Part shown: positions 33,502 through 47,769 of the stretch, piece by piece
Layout of the letters: every line of letters starts with the position of its first letter
How positions within the stretch are numbered: position 1 is the first letter of the stretch
NCBI GenBank assembly: GCA_963693365.1
Contig: CAVNZM010000010.1
Location: 8,743,794 to 8,807,793 of the forward strand
From: Amoebidium appalachense
Taxonomy: Eukaryota; Protista; Ichthyosporea
Reading direction: 5' to 3'
Length of the DNA: 64,000 nt
Translations under genes and position numbers: made by a program
The notes under the pieces: model-generated
The model's database searches: none
Seen by the model: the letters and a program-made list of their open reading frames with translations, nothing else
Told to the model about the DNA's origin: nothing

Positions 33502-36500
33502 CGAATAGCGCCCTACAGTGAGCTCCTACAGTGCAAGTGGTGACTGGAACTGCTGACAATGCCCCCGGCAGCATCGTTGTCTGGCCGGTTCTACAAAAAC
33601 TTAGGTGCACGTGGCCTGTCAACTGCCGAGGTCGTTGCCAACTTTCCGTACGCGTGACGCAGCTTCGTGGTCTACTTCTTGGTCATTCGGATGCGTATTC
33701 AAGAGCTATCAACAGAACAACGAGCCTACATATAGCTCATTTCATGTGACTGTGCGCAAAATTCAGTGACGGATAAGCAAACACCGTTAGCACATGTAAC
33801 GGTCATCATGCATGCTCGCGTGCATATGCATATGCATCATGCTCATGAATCCATATAGCATTGAAATGTGATACGTACACGTGCACTAATTCAATTTAAG
33901 TCCAGCTCACAATTGCCAGAATTCACACCCACGTCGTATGTAAACCCCATTGCGCATACCACGTGCAACAGTAAGTTGTCCGTGAAGTATAGTACGCAAC
34001 GCCTTAAAGTCCGCAGCCTACTCAGTGCCTAGAAGATTGAGCCCCAAAACAAATCCTTCTCTTCCTGGCCAGGACCTATCACAGCCCTCCCTCTCCCCCC
34101 TTTCCTAAACAAAACGTTCGGTAATATCACTGCAAGGCGCTGCTGCTTCCCTACCCAACAGTGTTTTCACCGTGCAGTTGCGGGCTGGGGAGTGAGGAGG
34201 GGGCCGGGACCGACAGCCTCGCGGTCAACGCCGGCCTCTAGAGCACGGAAATCTCACGATGGGCGCCCCGTGGCTGTGGCGAATCCACCGTGTGCCCTCC
34301 TCGTTGCTCGTGAAATTTCATGCTTCTTAGGTAAGGTGACCGGTTGCAGCGGCTCCCCACAGGCTGCGCGGGCCTCAGGCGTTCGTGTGTGCATGGCGAA
34401 GTTTATTCTTTGGCTGGCGAAACTTGAGTCAATGACAAGGCATCACAAACACCGGACCACATAAAACATTATAAGCCACCATGCCATGGTTGCACATCAC
34501 ACATGCATATGCATATGCATACTATAAAAATGGCGAGAAGGGAAATCCAGTGCCAAAGGGGCACACTCACAGGCACACTCACAGCAGACGCACGAGCACA
34601 CACGCTCACCCTTCCGTGCACACAATTTGACCACAAGCCGTTGTGGCACCTGCCACCTACTGAGATGGCTCCTTATTTTTCCTTACACATTCAGCGAACA
34701 CTGGACTCTATCGAACCGTCGAGGCGCCGCGACAGAAAGCATGCACGCGGTCGCGAGAGTGTAAGGAAAAACCCGCCTGCAGCGAACGTAAAGTTCATCG
34801 CAGCGCGTGCACACCGTCAGTGCGTGTGAGTTGTGGCACTCTGTCAGTGACAAACTTGACGCAACAGTGAATGACATCGGACGCAGCAAAACGATTGGGT
34901 ACGAATTTCGTTAACTTAGCACGACACATAGTCTTAACTGCTGACGTCATTTCCAGTGGCCAGGAGCTTGTGTACTTGAGTGACGACGAGCGAAAAGTAT
35001 GAGATTTGTTAGTAGTAGGTACGCTTGAGCAGACTACCTACAACAACACATTCCAGGCTCACCCGTGATCGACCAGCCACAACAAGAGAAATTCGAATCT
35101 GCTCGTGGAAGGTTATCATCGAAGATTCAGCACGGTAGATGGATGCAAATCTAATGAACATTCAGAAAAGAGCGTTACACGAAGACTACGAAGACTACAA
35201 CGCCCTATTATTAGTAGTGAATAAATTCCCATTATAATTGTTGGGAGATCCGGTCACCGGAAAAGACGGTTTTTTTATTTGTTTTTTTTCCCGAACGATA
35301 TTCGTGCGGGGGATCATGTGACTCGGCGAGCCACAGTGAATTCGAAATTGGAATAGATCTCAAGGGGCGAGAGTAGAACATGCTCTAAGTGTAACAAAAC
35401 GGTGTCGTGTATATTTACGGTATAAATTACTGTTGGCCTCTGTATAGGCTATCAATATACATATGCTATTTGAGTCCTGCCAGCCTATGCCATCGATGCA
35501 CCAACTATGTTATGCCGGCCAAAGGCTAGCTCGCGGCGGCTCGCGCCTGCCAGGGCCCGGCGCAGCGGGCTCACGATTCCGAACGGGGTAAGTAGCCGCT
35601 AGATCGGCGCACCCCACAACAGCGCTATGGTAGTCAAATTTTACAGTACGTCTGCGGACACCGAGATCCACTCCTATTCCGAAAGCAACTCTATTTTAAT
35701 ACATTTATGGTAGCATTTTTGCGTAAAAGGACTGCCCAAAAGCTAAAAAATTATGCCAGTAGCTCCGCAACATCAACTAACTTAGATATCCATGAGATTC
35801 TGATTATTTTTCAATATGGCTGTATGGGGGGGCTAGAAAATTTGAGCGTCGGACATACGAATCGTATCTCGTTTAGGTCATCGGCGTGGTGCTTCCTGGC
35901 GATGCCATATTGCCCGGCACTTTGCTCACCGTGCTCAGTTACGTTTTATTGCATTTAAAACACACGAGCATGCAGACGCTTATAATTGCTATATTATTGC
36001 TATATCGATCTTGTATAGATAACTTATTCATACTGCATTTGCTCGCAACGTGAACATCTCAGTTCAAGTTATGTCGGCGAGGTGTGTGCTCGAATCAGCC
36101 GCGGGACAGCGGACCATATTTATGTTCCCCTATTGGTCTACACGTTTGTGGACGATCTTAAACCAATCTAAATAAAGCACTAAAGATGACACTCTCTTGT
36201 GAGTGGCTGTTGATCACGCATTTCGGATGGGCGTGGCTGAAATGCAAGCGAGAATAATGGCCTTGGTCCAGTTGCGTAGCTGTTCGCATGCGGTGTGTTC
36301 TGCGGCAGCTGTGCAAGCCGGCTGTGATACTAAACTCACAAGGATCTTTGGTAGTAGTAAATGTTAGAGAGACAGGTGCAGACGAGAGAACGATAAGCAC
36401 AACTGCCAGTTAGTTTGTGTTTTGTTGCTGCACAGTTTAAGTTAGTCACAAGTCGTTCCTTTCTCGCGTCGTTAGATCACAAGTGTGTGGCACAAAACGG

Positions 36501-36504
36501 AATA

Positions 36505-39500
36505 ATGGCAACCACCTCGCGGAAGAGTTGTGTGCCCGATTTGGCTGAGTACGGGCTGACTCGTGAGCGTGGATTTCTCCCTGCACAGGTATGCCCACAC
36601 CCCACACCGTAGCTCCTAACAATCCTCTCCCTCGCTCGTGTCGGCTGGCACGCCTTGATTCGATCTTCCAGTCCGAGATGAATGACTCGACTCGTGCCGA
36701 ATCAATTTTTCAAACGCAGCGCACGTGAGTAGTAGCTTTAATAACCGGCTGTGCACGCGAGAGCGTGAATTTACAGGAATTGTGGAATAGTAGAGCCACG
36801 CTGAAAGCGAGCAGTTGATGGGGTGGTGCATCTTGTTATACAACAGGTGTTTCTCAACCACACACTTTTATCAGTTACGTTTCGCTCTTTTGTTCTTTTC
36901 TTGTTTGCGGCACAATCCTCTTTCTGAGGCCTCAGAGTGCTTACTGTTGCTTATCATTCTTTTGCCTAATACTTTCTGCCCAGGATCCACTCAAGAGCCT
37001 TCCGCCTGCATACCGTGCGTGGGACCATGCAGTGCAAGAGGTATCACACTACATTCTTGCCGGGGTCGTGCGCCCGCACCTCGAGAGGCTGCCCCTGCTG
37101 CCTGTCTCGGGCCTGGTAGGTGGCCCACTGTGTGCACGACACTTCACTTGCTGGGAGCAGAGTGTGTTTGAAATTTTGGTTAAGAGGGCACCTGTGACAC
37201 GGGACATAATGTTTGTAGATAGAGCACCGGCTATACTGGTTTGTTCGGCTTTCGTTGAATGCACTAGGGGTCCTTTGCGCAGGGCACCAATAGCTTATTT
37301 CTGTTGTTAGTGTGTTTGGTAACCTTTGACCAGCTGCCGACGATGCTTGTTTGCTCTGGCACCAGCTAATACCGGTGGCTGTGCAGAAGGACGGGCCTGA
37401 GCTGCAGCGTGCCTACAGCGTGCTCAGTCTCCTGTGCCACTCGTACGTGTGGGGGGAGGGCGAGGCCCGCGCCTGCAGTGTGCTTCCCCGCAACCTGGCC
37501 GTGCCGTGGGCAGAGGTGTCCAAGCGGCTGGGCATACCCCCTGTGCTGACGCACGCAGCCGTGGTGCTGTGGAACTGGCGCAGGCTGGACAGTGAGGGCC
37601 CACTGGACCTGTCCAACCTGGCCTGCCTGGGTGTCACAGGTGGGTGGACGGGTTTATTTTCCTCCCTTTTTTTTTTTTTTTTTTTTTTTTCTGTGTGTAT
37701 GTGTGAGGGGGGGGGGGGGGAGGGGGGAGGTCAGGTGAGGGTGTATGTGTGTGTATGGTGTGTGAGCGGTAAAGATGTAAAGGGTGAAATGGCAATTATT
37801 TTGCACCGAGTGAGCATTCCATTTGCAAAAGGCAAGTTGCAAACGGTGGAGGGCAAGGGTTTTATTCCGCCGTTTTTCAGATTTCACCCCCACCACTGCT
37901 GCTGCCGCTACCACCACCACATCCAAGTATATAAGCAAGAAATTTCAGCTCTTAAGCAACCGGGGAAATCTATATTTGTTTAACAAGTGGTTGAAACTGT
38001 AAGCTGCCTCCTGCGCCCGCGTTGACACCCCCCTGTTTTATGCAGCGGGTGGACTTGATGAGGCGTGGTTCTACCTTGTGACGGTGGAGATTGAGGCCAA
38101 GGGGGCTAAGGCACTGTGTGCTATTGTGGATGCTATGGCGGCGGCAGAGGAGGGCAGGCCCGAGGCAGTGGCACGGCACATGGACGAGCTGTCTGTGGCA
38201 CTTGCAAACATGGGGGTGTCACTGCGCCGCATGTACGGTGGGTACCCATGTTTGGTGGTGGGGTGAGACGCCGGATCAATTAAGTTTCTAACGAGAAAAG
38301 GGAGGATTGAACGTGATAAACAATTGAGCCAGAAATAGTCTGCACCAGAGTTTTGCAGAGGTGGTAATCATGTGACGTTTTTATAGTTGGTTGATGACAT
38401 TGAATTATTCGATAGTAAGGGACAAAGCAGAAGGGGAGGTAGAGCACAGTTTCCAATAGTTCTAATGGAAGCGCTAGTGTGTGAACAAGGAAAGCTAACA
38501 TCAATTCCTGCCCACAGAGAAATGCGACCCGCACATGTTTTTCAACAAGATCCGCCTGTATCTGTCTGGGTGGAAGAATAACCCGGCCCTGCCCAATGGT
38601 CTGATCTACGAGGGTGTGTCCAAAACCCCCCTGCAGTATAGTGGGGGCAGTGCAGCCCAGAGCAGCTGTATTCAGGCCATCGACATAGCACTGGGGGTCG
38701 ACCACCACCCCATGCCCAAGCAGCAGGAGGAGGTTAAGGCATGCCCGGCATCGGTTAAGGCAGAACCTGGAACGTCATGCCCTATGACGGGCCAGAAGGC
38801 ACCAACCAGGCTGACCGGGTGCCCCGTCAAGACGGCCGGCGATGAATAGTAAGTGTTTTCCTTGGGATGAGATGTGTCTGGTTGCTGCACGGCCAAGAAG
38901 CATGCATGGATTGCGCTGCCGGTCAATTTTGGAAGCATACCAAGTCATACCAGGCCTGGTGCTGTTAGGAAACGGTAATGAAATACACGGTATACTCTGT
39001 TGGCTAGAAACATGGCTCTCTGCTTGTGGATGTGTTCTGACCCTCGCCACCCCCTGCAGCTCCTACCTGCACGAGATGAGGCAGTACATGCCGGGCAAGG
39101 ACAGAGCCTTCCTTGAGGCCCTAGAGGGTGTGCCCTCCCTTCGGTCCTATGTGCTCAGCAACGAGGCTAAGTGTGAGACCCTCAGGCCGGCATACAACGG
39201 GGCACTGGATGCACTGGCTGCATTTAGGAGCATCCACATACAGGTGTGTGTATGGGTGGGTTAATTATGGAGCGATTTGGATTGACCCGGTGGTGGTAGT
39301 GTATGGGAAACAGGGGAAAGGACCTCCTATTTGAGGTGGTTGAATAGTGCTGTGCAGCAGGGATGACTACGGTTGGCATGTATGCACGGATTTGTCTGGC
39401 CTAAATGAACACGTGCTTGTCTCCTTCGTGCAAACATTCAGTGTGATATGAATATTTCCTGCCAGCATGTGCTGACACATACTCCCCCCCAGATGGTGAC

Positions 39501-39636
39501 GCTGTATGTGGTGTCGCAGGCTGCCCGGTCCAAGTCCGGCACAGGCCTTAGTGACCGCGGCACAGGCGGCACCAGTGCCGTGCCCTTCCTCAAGCACGTG
39601 AGAGACGAGGTTAAGATGCAGAAGATCAGCCAATAG
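36505..39636 (+). CDS. IDO: Indoleamine 2,3-dioxygenase (heme), 7 exons
   Basis: Exons 36505-36588, 36984-37115, 37387-37639, 38046-38237, 38518-38848, 39060-39243, 39493-39636, all phase-consistent. Motifs: [80 protein letters not shown] (heme-ligand His) and RGTGGT. Confidence 0.96.
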
Positions 39637-41061
39637 CGCCTCGACGTTAAATCTGTGTGGGGTTTGGCTGCCTGCCTGCACGAATGCTGAATGATTGCGG
39701 CGATAGAGTCGCATGACTTTAGAATTATGATTAGTGTTATATAGTTGATGTACATGACAAGGGGATACAGGCCTTGCTCTGATAGTCCTCTTTTGTAAAT
39801 TTTGTGCCCATGCCTTGTTCCGAGTTTTGTAGCTGAACGAGTGAGACTTTCGAATAATTGACGCGAAAGAATGGGACATGCATGCCCAACTGTGTGGGCT
39901 TATATAATGTTGTCGATCTGGGGGACCCGGTGCCCCTCTTTGCTTTGCCAATGGATTAAAGATGGTGTGTGCGGTGGCACGCACAGCCAGAGTGATGCGC
40001 ACGTGTTGTTCTACATTCACATTCACAGAAGAATGCAAAGCGTACATGTCTTATAATAAGATATGTTTGTGTGTGTTGGGGCTGGAAGAACTTATCCCGG
40101 TGTGGTTGGGAGTATTACACGGGCCAGGCCATTGCAAGGTGGCACACAGCATGCGCAACTGTGCGGCTCGGAGATTTATGTACCAGGGCTTTTGAAAGAC
40201 CATGGCAAATATAATTTGCATACTCTAGAGGTGGTGGCGGTGCCGTGGTGTGCTCAAAGGGAATCATTCGGCCAAGGGCATGGCGGTCGGTGGGGAGGGC
40301 CATGATTACATGCAAATAACAAAGAACTCAACCCCCCTAAACTGTGGTATATGGGAGGGGAGGGGGGGGGGGGTTCGATGGGCCGGGATGGGGAAAGGCC
40401 AAGGGGCAGGGTTAAAGCTAGCAGGAGGAGAGAGGCCGTAACACGGTTGCACTGGGGAGGAGGGGCCGCGGGGGCCCGGGCTGGGGTGGGGGCCCGGGGA
40501 CCTCCACACAAGGGGAGCTCGGTATGTGTGTTTTTTTTTTTTTTTTTTTTTTTTTGGGCCCCGGGCAGGGGGGGGGGGGGGGGGACGTTAAGGGGTGGCG
40601 TGACTTGAAAGGTGGGGGGAAGGGGGGGTACTGACGGACAGAATCAAGTGACATGCCCACTCAAGGCCTTCAAGTTGATGTGCTCTTTACTGCCCTTGCA
40701 ATTGGGGGCTCTGCAGAGCCATGTTGCTCTGCACAAATGATTACAGTCTAGTGCCCTGCAGTGGGCTAAATCACATTTATCTACATACCGCAATGACAGA
40801 GGACAATCAACTTAACTCAGATAGATACATAATCAGTAGCATAGGTTATACATGGGAAGCAAAGGAGGAAGGGGGGGGGGGGGGGGGGGGGGGGGGGACA
40901 AGGCGAAAGACAAAATAAATGAACATTCCTGACACAGCGGAGTCTTGTAGAAACGTCATAAAACAAGTGCGGCATTGGCAATCAAGTCAACACAATAAAC
41001 ACGTAACACACTCAGCTGGCACGGCCACTGAGACAAAAGCCGCGCCCAATGTACACTGTTC

Positions 41062-41094
<33 letters not shown>

Positions 41095-41101
<7 letters not shown>

Positions 41102-41206
41102 TGTACCTGTGTGTGTGTGTGTGTGTGTGTGTGTACGTGTACCTGTGTGTGTGTGTGAGTGTCTGTGTGCGTGTACCTGTGTGTGTGTGTGTGTGTGTGT
41201 ACGTGT

Positions 41207-41241
<35 letters not shown>

Positions 41242-41244
41242 TGT

Positions 41245-41279
<35 letters not shown>

Positions 41280-41291
41280 TGTACCTGTGTG

Positions 41292-41327
<36 letters not shown>

Positions 41328-41330
41328 TGT

Positions 41331-41369
<39 letters not shown>

Positions 41370-41408
41370 TGTACCTGAGTGTGTGTGTGTGTGTGTGTGT
41401 GTACGTGT

Positions 41409-41415
<7 letters not shown>
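41095..41415. repeat. Compound satellite (TG)n punctuated by gtacgtgtacct, ~9 units, immediately 3' of the aminotransferase stop
   Basis: Directly visible. It reads cacacaggtacacgtacacac on the minus strand. Confidence 0.9.
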
Positions 41416-41455
<40 letters not shown>

Positions 41456-42194
41456 TCAAGCAGTCAGGTACTCCACCACCTTCTCAATCGTCTCCCTCTT
41501 CTTGCAGATCGCAAACCGCACCAATGTGCACTTGTTCTCATCCGCTGTATGTGTGTGTGTGTGCGTGTGAGTGTGTGTACGTGTGAGTGTGTGTGTGTGC
41601 GCGTGCGGCGTGTGTGCATGTGTGTCCGTGTTTGTGTGCGTGTGGGTCACAATGCACGTGTGTGTTTGGTGTGTGTGAACCGAACAGTGCACATCCTTAT
41701 ATGTAAGTGCCAGAGAGCTAGCTTCGTGGTCCTGGTAATCCACACTCCACCCAGCACAAAACAAGACACCGAAGATCCTCTCCAGCCCCTCTCCCTCTCC
41801 CCTTCACCCATTCACACGCTACACACATACACGTGCATACGAGCACCTGCATTCGCACACATGCACGAGCACATTTGCACATGCAAGCAACCCACCTCTC
41901 CACCTCTCCCCCCTTCCCGCCTTCCCCCCCTCCCCCCCCTCCCCTCCCCCCCCCCCCCCCCCAAACTCCCTCCCTTCCCCCCCCCCCCGCCCCCCCCCCT
42001 CCTCCCCCAACGCACACACACAAACACGAACATACACGCACACCCCAACCCCCACCCCCCATGCACACGCACATGCACTTACGGTTTGCGTAAAAGATGC
42101 TCATGGGCACGGCCGACACCTTTTTGGTTTGTGTCAGCCACCGGCAGTACTCAAAGTCCCCCATCCCTGCAGCAGCCCTCACCCACCGTGAGAA

Positions 42195-42226
<32 letters not shown>

Positions 42227-42827
42227 GGGGGGGGCAGGCTTTAAAGGTGAACATTTGATCCTATGCAAAGAACAGACACATGCAGACACCCACTGCAGCC
42301 ACATGCACAAAGGAACTGTGCAAGTACACGTTGCATGCACCCACAACACAACCACAGGCGCACAGTGCAGTTATACCCACTCACACCCCCTCCCCTGCCC
42401 GCTGTATCCTCCCTCCCCAATCACACACACCAATACACCCGAGGACCACACACTCACCGCCTTTGTTGCTTTTTCTGAGTCACGCTTGCAGGTGTTGCTT
42501 TTGTGTGCATACACACAAACATCGGCCCATGTGTGTGGGGCCGGGTGGGTTGGTGATGGTGATGGTGTGTGTGTGTGTGGTGGTGTGTGTGTGGGGGGGA
42601 GGGGGGGGGGGAGAGGGGGGGGGGGGGGGGGGGGGAGGACCTGTAGACTTGACGTCAGCAACGAGGAAATAACCCCCCTTTGCCGGGCAAATTTCAAGGC
42701 CCAACTTCTCAAGAGCCCCCCCAAGAAGTCGCGCATTTTCCTCAAAAAGCTCAGACGTGCCCTTGTAGTCTTCGGCCTCCAGAGCAGCGGCAATGCCCTC
42801 TGTGCGTGCGTGCGTGCATGCGCGCGC

Positions 42828-42900
<73 letters not shown>

Positions 42901-43623
42901 TGGTGACGTATGTGTGTGCTTGCGTACATGGATGTGTTTGTGATCTTGTGTGTGTGTGTGTGTGGTTTTGGTTGTGGGTTGTGTGTGAGTTTTTGTGTGC
43001 AGTGGTTAACAGATGACTTCCCGGGGGGAGGAGGGAATGTGTGTGGGTGATCTTGCCAAACGAATTGTTCTTGCCTACTCCCATGTCGCCATATTTTCCC
43101 AAACCCATTCTTCAATGATAGCCTCCCCGAACTATCTCCAAAGACTGTCTCCCGAGATAATCTCCAAACTGACGAGTTGAGGCGCTAACGTGGCACCAAC
43201 CAAACGAGCATAATCTCTCAATCTCCAAAAGATTGGAACGTGTGTTCGTGTCAGTCCACAGGTGACCGACGTATGTCCTATCACAGACCTGGATAAGGTG
43301 TGTGGGTGACTGACTGACTGTGCCTGCGCACATGTATGTGTGTGCGTGTGTGTGCGCGCGCATGCCCGCGCGTGTGTGTGCATGCTGTGTGTGTGTTTGT
43401 GTGGGTGCACCTGCATATTGGGTATATACACATAGGTGCTTATGTGTATGGATTTAGGGTACACAAGACATACTCTGCAGGGGAGTCGGTGCGCAGTATG
43501 ATGCATAGTTGTGGGGCACAGACACGGCCGTAATCAGAGGAACAGGCCCAACGGCCCAGCCAACACGCCACCCCGTCAGAGAGAACATCTTGGACGAGCT
43601 GTGTGTGAGTGTGTGAGTGTGTG

Positions 43624-43688
<65 letters not shown>

Positions 43689-43858
43689 GCATGTGTGCGC
43701 GCGCATATGTGTGCACACGTGTGTCAGGTGTGCTTGTGTCCATGTGCGTGTACGTGTGCGTGTACGTGGGCAAGTGTACACGTACGTTATGTCCACGTAT
43801 GGATATGTGATTGTTTCAGCCGGTAGGACGGAGAGAGATGGGGGGGGGAAGAGGTGGG

Positions 43859-43904
<46 letters not shown>

Positions 43905-44069
43905 GGAGAAGGAAACTAGCCACCATAGCAGCAATTACACTACATTGCAAGCACGTGCACACGGCATCTACCTACACCTCTGGCTCCACACCTCCTGCCC
44001 CATCTGCTGCCACACAGCAACCAACAAATTGCACTCCATTTATACCATTTAGCCTCGGTCCATACCCAA

Positions 44070-44120
<51 letters not shown>

Positions 44121-44627
44121 AGTTTCCCCAACTCCCCACATTAAAGGTACCAAAGAACATACCTGCCAATAGTGATTGTCCTGTCAAACATGCCGGGCAC
44201 GTCAGCCAATCGCCTGTGGACGTTATTGCCAAATATGGTGCACTCGTAGACCTCATCACTGATGGCTATCACGTTGTGCTTTAAGCACATCTCAGCTACT
44301 ATTTTTAGCTCCTGCTCCGTAGCAACATGGCCCGTCGGGTTATGGGGGGTGTTAAAGATCACTGCTTTGGTGCGTGGCCCAAATGCCTCCCTGCATCCGT
44401 GTGTGTGTGTGTGTGTGTGTGCCGGGGGGGGGGGGGGGGGGGGCACGTGCGTGTGTGTGCGTGTGTGTGTTCATGATCATTCTTGAGTGTGTGCATGCAT
44501 GTGGTGCATTCTCAGCACGAATTGTGCTTGTGCGTGTTTGTGCGTATCTGTTATGTGTGTGTGCGTGTGTGCGTGTGTGTGTGCGTGTGTGTGTGTGTGT
44601 GTCTGTGTGTGTGTGTGCGCGCGTGTG

Positions 44628-44666
<39 letters not shown>

Positions 44667-44723
44667 CTGTGTCTGTGTCTGTGTGTGTGTGTGTGCGTGT
44701 CTGTGTGTGTGTGTGTGTGTGTG

Positions 44724-44795
<72 letters not shown>

Positions 44796-45193
44796 TGTAG
44801 AAGAGGAAGTCAGTGGATACGACAGATGGTAAGTGTGTGTGTGTGTGTTGAGGGGTGAAGGACTAATTCAGAGACATCCCTCATGAAGTGCCTATACACA
44901 ATCATCAACACAAACACACCAGAGCAATAAGCAGATAGCTAGAGACCGAGGCAGAGGTACCCAGTTCGTGCCCTTCTTTGTGCTATCTATCAATTCTTTC
45001 GCTCCCATTTACTCCCTGTTCGAGCCTCCCCAATTCATTCATACAAGTGTTTTGTCATCAGTGTGAAAAAGCCCCCCCATCCCCGCCTCCACCCCTTAAC
45101 CCCCGCGGCTGCCAGTACCCTTTAGTACCTGTCCGTCGTTTCTAAGCAAGTAATGAGTGAAATGTGTGTACTTGTGTGTGTGTGTGTGTGTGC

Positions 45194-45241
<48 letters not shown>

Positions 45242-45594
45242 GGGTGTTTTTTCTTTCTTTCTTTCTTTTTTTCTTCTTGTTGTTTGGGGGAGGGACGGGG
45301 GGAAGGGGGAGAGGGGAGGGGGCAAATTGAAGGTCTTTTACCTAAACTTATTCTCGTCGAAGCCAAACTTCGGGGGGGTCAGTGTGACGACCTTAGGGGT
45401 GCCGCCAGCCAATCGGATCCAAGGAAAGTACCACGGGTAGGCCGGCTCAAACACTATCACCTCGTCTCCCTCCCCCACCACAGCCTGCAGACCAATCAGA
45501 AGTCAGTACAACTCACATGACCGCTTCCTTTCCTCCCTTTCTCTCCCCCCTCTCTCCCTGTCTCTCTCTTCCTCTCCTTATCTCCCTTTCACAC

Positions 45595-45640
<46 letters not shown>

Positions 45641-45942
45641 GGTCCTCTCCTGCTCTCCCCTGCCTGCCTGGCCTCACAGGCTGACACAAGGTCCTATCCA
45701 ACCAAATGCCTGCTACATTTTCTCTTCAAATTCCCATGCTCATCCCATTCTTGCGTCACCGAACCATCCCCCCCCCCCCCCCCCCCCCCCCCCCACTTTC
45801 TCCCCGCCTCCACCACCAATCCACCCAAACACAAACACGCACCCAAACATTACCCCCCCCCCCCTTCTCTTCCCTTGCGTGCGCGCACACACACACACCC
45901 GAACCCATCCACCTACCCACTCGCACACCATTCTCTACTTAC

Positions 45943-45984
<42 letters not shown>

Positions 45985-47145
45985 CCAAAAAAAAAAACAA
46001 AAAAAAACGAAAAACCAAATATGCGCACACGCTCAAATCAAGCCGAAGTGTTAGACCATTCTTTTTAAGCATGCCAACTTCCCCCCCCCCACCCCATCCC
46101 ACCCCTCCCCCTTCCCCTGCCCCACCCCCCTCCCCACTCCCCTTCCCAAACCCATCCCCAGCCAGCACCTAAACAGGCTAGCATGTGCTCCACTCTTTCC
46201 ATCCAACACCCCCCCCACACACCCCCCCCTCTTTCTCCCTCCTCCACTGGAGGCCACCCACCCACCCTGACACCTACCCACCCCACCAGTGCATGCCTTT
46301 ATGTACACACACGCAACCCCGCCCGGCTCGCACGAATACAAACACCCACTTACACATGCACAGAGATATGAGCACACGTACACACATACTTGTGTAAGCT
46401 GGCGCCACACACTCGCGACAGGCACGCGTGCCCACCTTTCCCCCCCCCCCCCCCCCCCCCTTCCCCCCCCTTCCCTTCCCCACACACACACCGATATTGT
46501 CGAGTACAGGGCCTCTGCCCCCGATGCCGTGACGACCATCTGTGTCGTTGGGTCGTAGGTGGCCCCATAGTGCCGCTGGTAGAACCCGGCCAGTGCCTGC
46601 ACAACGTGAAACCATCAGAATTGCTGGGTGGTGGGGAAGTGAGGGAAGAGGGGGTGTTGGTTGCAAGAATGTAGTTACCGATGTAGATGTGTGGCATTGA
46701 ACGCAAAATAGTGGGTTCATTGCCATAGGTGAAGGAACCACGAATGAAACTTCGCAGCCAGAAAGTGGCACAACCGCCTTTCATTTGTCACACGGTGTAC
46801 GGGTGTGCTTTCTATGAATTCATGGGCAGTAACCTGGGGATCGAAGGGTGAATGGGTGATGTGTATGTGTGTGTGTGTATGTGTATCTATAGAGGTGGGT
46901 ATACTATAGGGTGGGAGAGGTGGTCATAGCAGGTTGCAGGGAGAGAGAGGGAAGGTGAAAGCGGGGTTCGAGAGTAGACGGTGGTGTCACTGTTGGCGAT
47001 GTTTACCTGTGTCAGGGCAGGCAGGCCGTTTGGTGGCCCATACTGGTTAAGGGCTGAGTCGTTCATAATCGTCTCACAGGCCACACGCCGCCCTATCTCG
47101 CTGCCCTCAAAGTCGGGGAACCCCTGAGGTTGTGTGTGTGGAGGG

Positions 47146-47177
<32 letters not shown>

Positions 47178-47639
47178 AATCCGATTAAGCAAGCAGATGG
47201 AAGGCAGCGGGGCAAGGTCTTGAGGAAAAAGGAAGCGAGGGAGCGCGGAAACGAAGGGGTAACGAACAGTAGCACGGAAAGGAGGAGCGTAGGTGCTTTT
47301 GTGTGTGTTGTGTGTGTGTGTGTGTGTGTACACGTGACTGCGTGTGCGTGGTTGTGTGTCCGGTCGTGATGCAGCCAAAGAACGTTCTTCATGAAGGTAA
47401 GTCTCTTACACTTATGGACTCTAAGAAAGCGGTGGGGCATGCGTCACAGCACGAATCTCTGGGTTGCTCCAAACAGGCCAAGCACAAGCAGGGGAGGCAG
47501 TGTGCTAGAGGGGCACACACACCTGGCCCAGGTTTATGACCCCCGGGTTGCGGGCCAGCGCCAATATCTCCGCCCAGGCCGACTGCACGCCCCCAAGGTC
47601 CAGCTCGCGCTGCACACGCGCAGAGGCAGAGAACTCCAT
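41456..47639 (-). CDS. PLP-dependent class I aminotransferase, kynurenine aminotransferase/BNA3/YbdL-like, 9 exons
   Basis: Exons 47639-47523, 47123-47007, 46596-46492, 45484-45342, 44390-44163, 43598-43474, 42799-42641, 42166-42083, 41544-41456. Motifs: SAWAEI..VINLGQGFPD, NQYGPPNGLPAL, GDEVIVFEPAY, NTPHNPTG, ISDEVYE, PLP lysine in GSSSKMFSLTGWRVGW, GGYFLVAD and VRFAICK. Confidence 0.93.
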
Positions 47640-47769
47640 ATTGACGTTAGGACGCGGAAGGGACGAGAAATAGGGTGATGGACACGGCAGCCAAAAAAAA
47701 AACAGAAATCATTCCGGGGACGACATTTTGTTGTCACGGGACGACGACGTCGACCCTCATGCAGAGGGG

